64,000 nucleotides of DNA, taken from the NCBI GenBank assembly GCA_018654845.1, contig JABIKU010000017.1, positions 34,600 to 98,599 on the forward strand, read 5' to 3'. The stretch is from Methanobacteriota archaeon (GTDB lineage Archaea; Thermoplasmatota; Poseidoniia; Poseidoniales; Thalassarchaeaceae). The first letter of the stretch is position 1, and every line of letters starts with the position of its first letter. The notes beneath the pieces are model-generated. The model had not been told where the DNA came from. It did no database searches and was given only the letters and a program-made list of their open reading frames with translations. Shown here piece by piece: positions 29,627-38,276 of this stretch. Both the position numbers and the translations under genes were made by a program.

Positions 29627-29633
29627 TTTTTTT
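29627..29633 (+). terminator. Oligo-T tract (T7) 8 nt downstream of the MC1 stop; candidate archaeal intrinsic terminator
   Basis: TTTTTTT was read directly. Archaeal RNA polymerase terminates at oligo-T runs. Confidence 0.5.
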
Positions 29634-29678
29634 CACGCGCGACTTTGAATCGCACGTATTACGGATTTACAAAAAACT

Positions 29679-29700
29679 CTCGCCGGGCTTGCTCGGCGAG
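29679..29700. terminator. GC-rich hairpin (7-bp stem CTCGCCG/CGGCGAG, 8-nt loop) between the convergent MC1 and sdhB genes
   Basis: A perfect inverted repeat was read directly. Its function as a terminator or RNA-stability element is inferred. Confidence 0.35.
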
Positions 29701-29796
29701 GGCAATTATCAATCTAATTTTCTTCACAATTCGAAGATTATTTCATCAACTAGTTAGGCGGTGCAAAAGCGTCATAATCAAATCAACCTAGTTGAT

Positions 29797-30561
29797 TCAT
29801 TCGCGCAAACCAAGTTTGCGTGCAATTAGAGCAAGAGGGTCGTAATATTCTGTAACTACTCTTTCCTTTAGTGGAATGATGGCGTTGTCAGTGATATTGA
29901 TTCCAGCTGGACAAACTTCGGTGCAACACTTGGTGATGTTACAGTAACCCAATCCGAAGTCATCCTTAATTTCAGGGATTCGACTCTCGGTATCGAGCGG
30001 ATGCATCTCTAATCCTGCGAGGCGTACGAAGAATCGCGGTCCAGCAAATTCGTCGAATTTTTGATGTTCTCGGAGAACGTGACAGGTGTTGACGCAGAGC
30101 ATGCATTCGATACATGCACGGAATTCTTGAATACGGTCAGCTTCCTCTTGCTTGAATTCCCAATCAAGATCTTCCGGCCCATTGATTGGAACCATTTTCT
30201 TATTCATTTGATATGCCCAAGAAGTATCGGTGACGAGGTCCTTTGTCAGTGGAAATGCCTGCATTGGCTTAATAACAACAGGCTTGCCATTAGGCGTTTC
30301 AGCCATAATATCTTCCATTCGAGTCATGCACATTAGTCGCGCTATTCCGTTGACTTCAGCTGAACAAGAACCACACTTTCCAGCCTTACAATTCCATCTG
30401 CAAGCGAGATCGGATGCGTGCTCGGATTGAATTTTGTGAATGACATCGAGAACGACCATTCCTTCATCCATCTCGACGGTGTAATCCACCATCTCACCGA
30501 ATGGATCGTCATCGTTATCTGGCTCGCCTCGGAAAACTCGGAAAGTTACATCTTCTGACAT
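29797..30561 (-). CDS. sdhB: Succinate dehydrogenase / fumarate reductase iron-sulfur subunit
   Basis: It has the 2Fe-2S motif (CRWNCKAGKCGSC) and 4Fe-4S/3Fe-4S motifs (CIECMLCVNTC, CTEVCP). ATG 30561 is preceded by AGGAGG and lies 1 nt after the sdhA stop. The ORF track extends to 30591. Confidence 0.9.
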   Translation of the reverse strand: MSEDVTFRVFRGEPDNDDDPFGEMVDYTVEMDEGMVVLDVIHKIQSEHASDLACRWNCKAGKCGSCSAEVNGIARLMCMTRMEDIMAETPNGKPVVIKPMQAFPLTKDLVTDTSWAYQMNKKMVPINGPEDLDWEFKQEEADRIQEFRACIECMLCVNTCHVLREHQKFDEFAGPRFFVRLAGLEMHPLDTESRIPEIKDDFGLGYCNITKCCTEVCPAGINITDNAIIPLKERVVTEYYDPLALIARKLGLRE

Positions 30562-30562
30562 T

Positions 30563-32404
30563 TCATTCCTCCTCGTGTAAATCGGCCGCATCTAGTAGTG
30601 CCTTCAGTTCTGGATTGATAGGGGGGTATCTGCGGTGTTCGATGCTCATCTCACCTACTTCATTCATGGCGATAACTGAGTTGACTTTACCCCAATGACT
30701 GTGGTCAGGGACAGGGAAATCGTCTCTAGTATGCCCGCCGCGCGATTCTTCTCTGTGTAAGGCCGCTAGAGCACACATTCGACTAACATCGAGCATCGCA
30801 CTAAGTTCGAGAGCCTGATGCCAGCCCGGATTGTAGATTCTGCTTCCTCCTGGGCTGGTTGTAGCTGCTCGGGATTCTAAATTATCGAGGTCACTCATTG
30901 ATTCTTCTAGAAGCGTTTTTGTTCGAATGATTCCAGCTTTTATTTGCATCATTTCACGAAGATCTTCGACGACCTTTGCAGGGTTTTCCCCACCTTCACG
31001 GTTGAGTGGGGCGAGGGTTTCGGCGATTACATCAGCGATTTCAGCCTCGTCAATTTCAGTAAATCCATCGATATCAGCCGCAACAGCGGCTGCATTCTCT
31101 CCTGCAATCTTTCCGAAGACGAGTAAATCGGATAATGAATTTCCACCCAAGCGGTTTGCTCCGTGCAAACCGGTCGCGGCCTCGCCGGCCGCGTAAAGTC
31201 GGCCGATAGTGGATTCTTGAGTTTCAGGATGAACTTTGATTCCACCCATCACATAATGCGCAGTAGGCCCGACTTCCATCGGAGTTTTCGTGATGTCAAC
31301 TGCAGCTAATTCTTTGAATTGGTGATACATTCCTGGTAATTTCTTCTTGATTTGTTCCTCATCTCTCCAAGAAATATCGAGATAAGCTCCACCATGCTCA
31401 CTCGCTCGGCCAGCATCCTTCTCGGAATTAATCGCCTTAGCGACGACGTCACGAGTAAGAAGTTCAGGTGGTCGGCGAACGGATGCTAACTTGCCAGCGA
31501 TAATTTCGTCGACCCATTCAAGAGCTTCTTTCTCGGTATCTGCAAATTCACTCTTGTACATCTCTGGGACATAATTGAACATAAATCGTTCACCTTCAGA
31601 ATTACGCAATATTCCACCTTCGCCACGAACCCCCTCCGTGACGAGAATTCCCTTCACGCTTGGCGGCCAAATCATTCCTGTAGGGTGGAATTGAACGAAT
31701 TCCATATCACCCATTTCTGCTCCAGCCCAATATGCCAGCGCGTGTCCTTCACCGGTGTATTCCCAACTACCTGAGCAAACCGCCCAACAGCGAGTGATTC
31801 CACCTGTGGCAAGAATGATCGTTTTTGCCTTGAACACATGAAGTGAACCATCGTTTCGGTCGTATGCGAAGCAGCCGGTGACATGTCCATCACTTTGGAA
31901 TAGTCTGCGAACGGTGTATTCCATGTAGACATCCATGCCCATGTGAACTCCTTTTTCTTGTAGGGTTCGAATTAGTTCAAGTCCGGTAGCATCGCCAATA
32001 TGTGCTAGTCTTGGATATGTGTGTCCTCCGAAATTTCTCTGGTTGGTTTTGCCCTTCGGAGTGCGGTCAAAGACAGCCCCCCATGTTTCTAATTCGCGGA
32101 TGCGATCTGCTGCTTGCTGAGCGTGAATTTTTGCCATTCGCCAATCGTTCAGGTACTTTCCCCCCTTCATTGTGTCACGGAAATGTACCTGCCAATTATC
32201 ACGTGGATCAGCATTGCCAAGAGCAGCCGCCGCGCCACCTTCAGCCATCACGGTATGCGCTTTGCCGAGCATTGATTTGCAAATCATCGCAACTCTCGCG
32301 CCGTTCTGACTAGCTTCAATCGCGGCGCGTAATCCAGCACCTCCAGCACCGATAACAACAACATCATGCTCGTGGATGATATAATCGGTGTTAATTTCAG
32401 ACAT
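30563..32404 (-). CDS. sdhA: Succinate dehydrogenase / fumarate reductase flavoprotein subunit
   Basis: It has the FAD-binding motif VVVIGAGGAGLRAA, the covalent-FAD His region GKAHTVMAEGG and the active-site region HPTG...RGEGG. Confidence 0.92.
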   Translation of the reverse strand: MSEINTDYIIHEHDVVVIGAGGAGLRAAIEASQNGARVAMICKSMLGKAHTVMAEGGAAAALGNADPRDNWQVHFRDTMKGGKYLNDWRMAKIHAQQAADRIRELETWGAVFDRTPKGKTNQRNFGGHTYPRLAHIGDATGLELIRTLQEKGVHMGMDVYMEYTVRRLFQSDGHVTGCFAYDRNDGSLHVFKAKTIILATGGITRCWAVCSGSWEYTGEGHALAYWAGAEMGDMEFVQFHPTGMIWPPSVKGILVTEGVRGEGGILRNSEGERFMFNYVPEMYKSEFADTEKEALEWVDEIIAGKLASVRRPPELLTRDVVAKAINSEKDAGRASEHGGAYLDISWRDEEQIKKKLPGMYHQFKELAAVDITKTPMEVGPTAHYVMGGIKVHPETQESTIGRLYAAGEAATGLHGANRLGGNSLSDLLVFGKIAGENAAAVAADIDGFTEIDEAEIADVIAETLAPLNREGGENPAKVVEDLREMMQIKAGIIRTKTLLEESMSDLDNLESRAATTSPGGSRIYNPGWHQALELSAMLDVSRMCALAALHREESRGGHTRDDFPVPDHSHWGKVNSVIAMNEVGEMSIEHRRYPPINPELKALLDAADLHEEE

Positions 32405-32405
32405 T

Positions 32406-33290
32406 TCACAATCCTCCCCAGAGAATTACATCCGACCAACCAAACATAGGATCGGTACAGGCATAGACGTAGAAGTCGGCAAACATGACCCAAAAGAGTG
32501 AGTAGAGTGCCCAATCCTTGTGGTGTTCGTTTAGTATAGTTGAGAATTTCCAGAGTTTGTACTTGAAGCGGTTCATCGGAGTCGAAGTCCAGTCGTTTGA
32601 AGCACCTCCTACAAGATGGCGGAAGGCATGGCAACCCAAGGCGTACCCACCGAGGAGGATAACGTTGAGTGCGAGGATCAACGTTCCAACGCTAATGCCT
32701 AGAGCCGAAGCATTGCCGTGATGGAAATTCATCGATAGCCAAACATCGTAGGAAAGAATTGGAAGATATGCGAGAGCAGCGTACATGAAGTAGCGGTGAA
32801 GATTTTGAATCAGCAAAAGTCCTGTTTCACCAGAATATTCATCCCACGGTTTTGATACCGCGCAGCCAGTAGGTTGTTGCATAAAAGCGCGATAATACGC
32901 TTTACGATAATAATAGCAAGTTCCTCGGAATCCGGCCGGGAAAATGAGGATAAACATTGCCGGACTCATCCACTGAAATTGAGAAGGAACCCAAGAATTC
33001 TCACCAGGTATGATTAGGGGACTAAACAGAGGGCTAAGAACATGAGAATGATTGTTCTCGATGGCCATAGTTCCATTACCATGGCCGACTCCTGCTGAGA
33101 GGCCAAAATCAGAAAAAATCCAAAAATCAGCTTCCATAAATCCTCGCCATGTAGAGTAAGCAATCATGATGCCAAGATAGGCAGCCATAGCAGTAGGTCC
33201 TTTCCACCATGCATCGACTCTGTCTGTGGCTCCGAAGCCTTTCTTCATTGGAAGTTTCATTCCGCTCGACATAGGGAAATCTCCTGACAC
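32406..33290 (-). CDS. sdhC: Succinate dehydrogenase / fumarate reductase cytochrome b membrane anchor (single large subunit, type-B-like)
   Basis: This is a polytopic, His-rich membrane protein immediately upstream of sdhA (1-nt gap). It is one large anchor of about 290 aa instead of two small ones. The family call is made from context and topology. Confidence 0.6.
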   Translation of the reverse strand: MSGDFPMSSGMKLPMKKGFGATDRVDAWWKGPTAMAAYLGIMIAYSTWRGFMEADFWIFSDFGLSAGVGHGNGTMAIENNHSHVLSPLFSPLIIPGENSWVPSQFQWMSPAMFILIFPAGFRGTCYYYRKAYYRAFMQQPTGCAVSKPWDEYSGETGLLLIQNLHRYFMYAALAYLPILSYDVWLSMNFHHGNASALGISVGTLILALNVILLGGYALGCHAFRHLVGGASNDWTSTPMNRFKYKLWKFSTILNEHHKDWALYSLFWVMFADFYVYACTDPMFGWSDVILWGGL

Positions 33291-33391
33291 TCAAAGCGCA
33301 ATGCCGATTGTCCATAAGTGATTGCATCGAAACCGTTCATCATCTCGAACGATGGATTCAAATTAGTTCGGTATATTCCATTATTGATTAG

Positions 33392-33511
33392 ATGGGTGAC
33401 TTGGGCGGCATGGGTGGAATTGAATCTTCAATTTGCCCAAATTGTGGTCATATGCCTGGTGCTTGGCTTCCCGGCCTCCCTTGTCCCGAGTGTGGCGAAC
33501 CCTTGTTGTGA
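33392..33511 (+). CDS. 39-aa zinc-ribbon micro-protein (MGDLGGMGGIESSICPNCGHMPGAWLPGLPCPECGEPLL)
   Basis: It is not in the ORF track because it is under 60 aa. It carries a CxxC-x14-CxxC knuckle pair, is bounded upstream by TAG, and is followed by a hairpin plus a T8 run. Confidence 0.4.
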   Translation: MGDLGGMGGIESSICPNCGHMPGAWLPGLPCPECGEPLL

Positions 33512-33514
33512 GTT

Positions 33515-33537
33515 AGTGACTGGTTTCACTTTTTTTT
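33515..33537 (+). terminator. Hairpin (AGTGA-cttggt-type loop-TCACT) followed by T8; overlaps the glutaredoxin stop on the opposite strand
   Basis: A 5-bp stem at 33515-33519 / 33526-33530 and a T run at 33530-33537 were read directly. Confidence 0.35.
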
Positions 33538-33864
33538 GAAGAAAAAGTCGAAGAAACCTTTCCTTGTTTCTTTGTGCACTTCTTTCTGCTCCTTCTTGAA
33601 GAGTGCAGTCAAGTCATCAGAACCTCCGATAAATCGGGGATTATCGCCACGCATATCGAAAATTGCTGGAACACTACGATGGCCAGTCATCTGTAGAATG
33701 CCAATTTGTAATTCGCGCTTTTTTTGCATATCGTGAGATTCCCAAGAATACTCTGAATTGTCGAGAGTTTTTTTTGCTTGAATACAGTATGGGCAAGTTT
33801 GTTTTGCAAATAATACAAAGTCATTTTTTGACCGATTTAACAGTCTAGCCACTAAAGATACCAT
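33526..33864 (-). CDS. Glutaredoxin-like protein
   Basis: It has the CPYC active site (FAKQTCPYCIQAKK), the later VP.IF motif and a GG..D motif of the thioredoxin fold. Confidence 0.75.
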   Translation of the reverse strand: MVSLVARLLNRSKNDFVLFAKQTCPYCIQAKKTLDNSEYSWESHDMQKKRELQIGILQMTGHRSVPAIFDMRGDNPRFIGGSDDLTALFKKEQKEVHKETRKGFFDFFFKKK

Positions 33865-33926
33865 ATTTTCTTTCCGTGAAAAATCAATTCATTCATTTAA
33901 TTTCTAGATGGTAATTATCTGGGAAA

Positions 33927-35573
33927 TTAAGCGAGGGATGAATAGTCAGCATCGGCTTCTTCAAGCTCGATTTCGTCGACATCCATCTGAGCGAGTTGCA
34001 ACTTACCAGAGAGTTCATCGTTGACAGCGTGCCAGTATGAATAAGCCTCGATGACCCAGATTCCCGACTCGCGAGTACCGTTTCCACTGCCCTTGACGCC
34101 ACCGAATGGGAGGTGAGCCTCAGCTCCGGTGGTGGAGTTATTGATTCCAGTCATTCCTGCCTTGATTCCGATTTTATAGCGGTATGCTTCGAGGCGGTCG
34201 TTCGTGTAGATTGCCGAGGAGAGACCGTAAGGGCTAGCGTTAGCGAGGTGAAGTGCATGATCGAAGTCCTTTGCCTTGACAAGGGTTACAACTGGTCCAA
34301 AAATCTCTTCATGGAAGCATTCCATCTCTTCTGTAACATCAGCGTAAACGTGCGGCCACATGAAAACTCCATCCTCTGGATTTCCTAGGAAATTATCTGG
34401 TTGGTTTCCACTGCTAACACGGCCGTTACCCCAAAGTTTGGTCGCTCCGCTGGCTTCGCACATATCGATTCCTTTGAGAAAGTCCACAGCGTATTTTTCT
34501 GACAACATTGGGCCGTAAAGCACGCCTTCGTGCGCCATAGAATCACCAATTGTTGTCGATTTCACTTTTGCCATTAATTTCTCGACGAATTCATCATAAA
34601 TTTCCTCGTGAATAATCAGGTTACCAAGGCTTGTGCAGCGCTGTCCAGCTGTTCCGAATGCCGACCAGTAAGCGCCTTCAACAGCGTTTTCCATGTTCGC
34701 TGACGGCATGATAACAAGTGGGTTTTTTCCTCCGAGTTCGAGTGAAGCACTGACGAGGTTTCGTCCGCAAATTTCACCGATCATCTTGCCGACAGGGGTG
34801 CTGCCGGTGAATGAAATCTTGTTAATCATGCCAAGATCTACAGCATCGACCAAATTTTGGCCAGCACCGCTACCTTTTCCGTGAATGAGGTTGATGACTC
34901 CGTCTGGAAGTCCAGCCTCGTGCATAATGCGCGTTAGCATGAATGAGAGTAGCGGAGCATCTTGTGGAGACTTCCAAACACAGGTGTTCCCGCACATAAT
35001 TGCTGGAATCATTTTCCAGAATGGAACTGCAGCTGGGAAGTTACATGCATTGATAATTCCACAAACACCGAGTGGTCGGCGGTAGGTGAAGAGTTCCTTA
35101 TCGGGAAGTTCTGAATTGACGGTTTGTCCATACAGTCGTCGCCCTTCACTTTGGAAGAAAAGACAGGTGTCGATTGCTTCTTGAACAGAGCCAGCACTTT
35201 CTTTCAGAGTCTTGCCTATCTCGCGAGTTTCAACACGAACGATATCGTCTTTGTATTCCATCAAAAGTCGACCCATATTACCAATGATTTGTCCACGGGT
35301 CGGAGCGGGTGTTGCAGCCCAAGCTGGGAAAGCAGCGCGGGCTGCGGCGAGTGCATCGTGAACATCTTCCTTTGTTGAAAGTGGAAATTCACCTAAACAG
35401 TCTGCGAGAATTGCGGGATTTATGCTTTCAAATGTGGATCCATCACTCGAAAGTGAAATTATTCCGTTAATGATATTGTATCCTCGGATTTTTGGGCTTC
35501 CATTGGGATTATTCGCTTCCATCTGCTCGAATCCTGTCTCTAATACGTGGGTCATAATGCGCGCGACTTGCAA
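33927..35573 (-). CDS. NAD(P)-dependent aldehyde dehydrogenase family protein
   Basis: ALDH signatures are present: FTGST.VG, LELGGKNP (catalytic Glu) and GQRCTS (catalytic Cys). The start could be an internal Met (MTHV... or MEANN...). Confidence 0.85.
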   Translation of the reverse strand: MQVARIMTHVLETGFEQMEANNPNGSPKIRGYNIINGIISLSSDGSTFESINPAILADCLGEFPLSTKEDVHDALAAARAAFPAWAATPAPTRGQIIGNMGRLLMEYKDDIVRVETREIGKTLKESAGSVQEAIDTCLFFQSEGRRLYGQTVNSELPDKELFTYRRPLGVCGIINACNFPAAVPFWKMIPAIMCGNTCVWKSPQDAPLLSFMLTRIMHEAGLPDGVINLIHGKGSGAGQNLVDAVDLGMINKISFTGSTPVGKMIGEICGRNLVSASLELGGKNPLVIMPSANMENAVEGAYWSAFGTAGQRCTSLGNLIIHEEIYDEFVEKLMAKVKSTTIGDSMAHEGVLYGPMLSEKYAVDFLKGIDMCEASGATKLWGNGRVSSGNQPDNFLGNPEDGVFMWPHVYADVTEEMECFHEEIFGPVVTLVKAKDFDHALHLANASPYGLSSAIYTNDRLEAYRYKIGIKAGMTGINNSTTGAEAHLPFGGVKGSGNGTRESGIWVIEAYSYWHAVNDELSGKLQLAQMDVDEIELEEADADYSSLA

Positions 35574-35696
35574 TCCTTTGATGAAACCTACTGAAACGAC
35601 CGCCTATTTCTGATAACGTGTCCATCAATTCGACACTGGGCAATTAGTGGGTTTAACTACCCCCGATAACGAGAAGTCTCTGTTCAGGGTGATGTG

Positions 35697-37934
35697 ATGT
35701 CGGACAATTCAGATGAAGACCTTCAACTTAGGGTTGCAAAGGCTATCCCAAGCGATGTTGGCCACGGACGTGCTCGTGTTCCATTTGATAATGAATTGAA
35801 CTTGAAACCGGGAGATATCATTGAGATTACCGGTGAGCAGAAAACCGCTGCAATCGTTTGGCGATGTCGCCCAGAAGACGCGAATCTTGGAGTGATTCGC
35901 GTCGATGGAATTATTCGAAAAAATGCTGGTGTCTCTCTCGGTGATAGGGTTGCTATTCGTAAAGTCGAAACTCAGCCTTGTACAAGGTTGATTCTTAGCC
36001 CAGTCATGGCCAAGCAGCAGAAGGTTCGCTTCGGCCCTGGAATCGAAGGATTTGCTCGACGTGGACTGAATAAGAGACCTGTCGTTGCTGGGGATCGAAT
36101 TTTCATTCCTGGAATGACTCTATTCGCTGAGGCTCTACCATTCCAAATAGTTCAAACTAGTCCTAAAGGCATCGTTCAGGTTCTTCCCGATACTGAGATA
36201 ATCATCAAGGAAGATCCTATTAATGAAGAAGAAGAAGTTGGGAAATTATCAATTTCTTCGATTTCTTACGAGGATATTGGCGGAATAAAAAACCAATTGC
36301 AAAAAGTGCGCGAAATGATTGAATTGCCATTGAAGCATCCAATATTATTCCGCCGACTCGGAATCGATCCACCTCGCGGAGTTCTCTTACACGGTCCACC
36401 TGGGACAGGTAAAACTCTCATCGCAAAGGCGGTCGCTAATGAAACGAAAGCCAACTTCACTTCGATTAATGGTCCTGAAATCATCTCGAAGTATTATGGT
36501 GAAAGTGAAAAGCAACTTCGAGAGATTTTCGATGAGGCCGCCGCGAATGCGCCCGCCATCATTTTCATCGATGAATTGGATTCGATCGCGCCAAAACGTG
36601 AGGATGTCAGTGGCGAAGTCGAGCGACGTGTCGTCGCTCAACTCCTGACTCTACTCGATGGAATGCAAGGTCGGGACAATGTCATCGTCATTGGCGCGAC
36701 AAATCGACCCGATGCAATCGACCAAGCTCTTCGCCGCCCTGGCCGATTTGACAGAGAACTAGAAATTGGAGTTCCCGATAAAAATGGCCGTGCGGAAATC
36801 ATAAACATTCACACGCGCGGAATGCCAATTAGCGACGATTTCGATATCGATTGGATTTTGGATAATTCTCATGGATTTGTAGGTGCTGATATTTCGGCGC
36901 TAGTACGTGAATCAGCAATGAAAGCACTGCGCCGATACCTCCCTGAAATCGACTTAGAGAAGGAAGAAATTTCGCCAGAAGTTTTGGAAAAGATGGAAGT
37001 CAAAATGGCAGATTTCCGTGAAGCAATGAAGGAAATCGAGCCGAGTGCACTGCGTGAAATTTATCTTGAGATTCCAGAGGTTTCATGGGAAGATGTTGGT
37101 GGATTACAAGAGGTCAAAGACCGTTTGAAGGAGAGTATCGAATGGCCGTTAACAAAGCCTGAGATGTTTGAGCATTTCGGCATTAATCCACCTCGAGGAA
37201 TCGTTCTGTTCGGTGCGCCGGGGACTGGAAAAACTTTACTTGCAAAGGCGATAGCGTCCGAAGCGAAAGCTAATTTCATTACGATTAAAGGCCCCGAATT
37301 GATCTCCAAATGGGTTGGTCAATCCGAGAAAGCAATCCGAGAGGTATTCAAGAAAGCCAAGCAATCTGCTCCCTCAATTATTTTCTTAGATGAATTCGAA
37401 AGCATAGCAAGTATGCGAAGGAGTAATTCAGGTGATGGATCTGATGTGATGAATCGAGTCGTCAATCAATTACTCAGTAGCATGGATGGCGTTGAGTCAA
37501 TGGAAGGAGTCATTGTCGTTGCCGCAACAAATCGTCCTGAGATGATTGATCCCGCTCTACTTCGAAGCGGCCGTTTTGAGCGAGTTCTGCATATTCCACC
37601 ACCGGATACTGAATCAATTAAAGCGATTCTAAAAATTCACACCAACGATATGCCGCTTGGTAAATTCCAGGTTGAAGATTTCTCAAGTCAGTTAATGAAT
37701 TATACCGGTGCTGATATTGAGGCGATTTGTAGAGAAGCTGCGCTAATTGCAATGCGAGCTGGTAAAAAATCGGTTTCGAGAAAGAATTTCAAAGAAGCAA
37801 TTGGTCGTGTACGTCCAACTGTGACCGAAGATATGATGGCATACTACAATCGCATGGAATCCATGTTAACGAGCGGGCTTGAATCAGTTCGTCGGTCACC
37901 GATGGATTCGTTATCTGGAATAGAATCAGTTTGA
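35697..37934 (+). CDS. cdc48: Cdc48/VCP/VAT-type double-ring AAA+ ATPase
   Basis: It has an N-terminal double-psi barrel region (GRARV, GD.I.I.G). Two AAA modules each carry [16 protein letters not shown] Walker A, DE Walker B and second-region-of-homology motifs. ATG 35697 follows GTG 35694. Confidence 0.92.
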   Translation: MSDNSDEDLQLRVAKAIPSDVGHGRARVPFDNELNLKPGDIIEITGEQKTAAIVWRCRPEDANLGVIRVDGIIRKNAGVSLGDRVAIRKVETQPCTRLILSPVMAKQQKVRFGPGIEGFARRGLNKRPVVAGDRIFIPGMTLFAEALPFQIVQTSPKGIVQVLPDTEIIIKEDPINEEEEVGKLSISSISYEDIGGIKNQLQKVREMIELPLKHPILFRRLGIDPPRGVLLHGPPGTGKTLIAKAVANETKANFTSINGPEIISKYYGESEKQLREIFDEAAANAPAIIFIDELDSIAPKREDVSGEVERRVVAQLLTLLDGMQGRDNVIVIGATNRPDAIDQALRRPGRFDRELEIGVPDKNGRAEIINIHTRGMPISDDFDIDWILDNSHGFVGADISALVRESAMKALRRYLPEIDLEKEEISPEVLEKMEVKMADFREAMKEIEPSALREIYLEIPEVSWEDVGGLQEVKDRLKESIEWPLTKPEMFEHFGINPPRGIVLFGAPGTGKTLLAKAIASEAKANFITIKGPELISKWVGQSEKAIREVFKKAKQSAPSIIFLDEFESIASMRRSNSGDGSDVMNRVVNQLLSSMDGVESMEGVIVVAATNRPEMIDPALLRSGRFERVLHIPPPDTESIKAILKIHTNDMPLGKFQVEDFSSQLMNYTGADIEAICREAALIAMRAGKKSVSRKNFKEAIGRVRPTVTEDMMAYYNRMESMLTSGLESVRRSPMDSLSGIESV

Positions 37935-37943
37935 GGGAAAGAA

Positions 37944-38186
37944 ATGCCAACGACGTTTGGACTTGAGATATTAAATCGAAAGGTCGAAGATGTAGCTGGT
38001 GATACACTCGGTTTTGTCGCTGATTTCCGTATCGACCTCGATAGTGGAAATATTTTGGCATTGCTTGTCCGAATCGAAGGAGATCTCGATGCAGGATTGT
38101 TGCCATGGCCAACAGTGGAAGGACTTCTTACAGTACCTGTGGAAGAGGTAATGAGTGTTGGCGTCAAAATCCAACTAGCTCGATAA
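37944..38186 (+). CDS. Small stand-alone PRC-barrel domain protein
   Basis: 80 aa. L.R.V.D..G..LG.V.D...D...G...ALLV...G is typical of archaeal PRC-barrel proteins. It lies 9 nt after the cdc48 stop, with GAGGG overlapping that stop. Confidence 0.65.
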   Translation: MPTTFGLEILNRKVEDVAGDTLGFVADFRIDLDSGNILALLVRIEGDLDAGLLPWPTVEGLLTVPVEEVMSVGVKIQLAR

Positions 38187-38276
38187 GTGTGATGCACCAT
38201 CCTCTCATCGGTTCACAACGGTCATAAGTCAAAGTTGAGGCTCGTTTGATGTTCCTTTGGTGAGGTGGCGTTCAGT

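Noticed and set aside
33318-33539. The 73-aa plus-strand ORF from the track in the sdhC-glutaredoxin spacer.
   Set aside because: It has no motifs. It overlaps the more convincing CxxC...CxxC micro-ORF in another frame and runs into the glutaredoxin gene.
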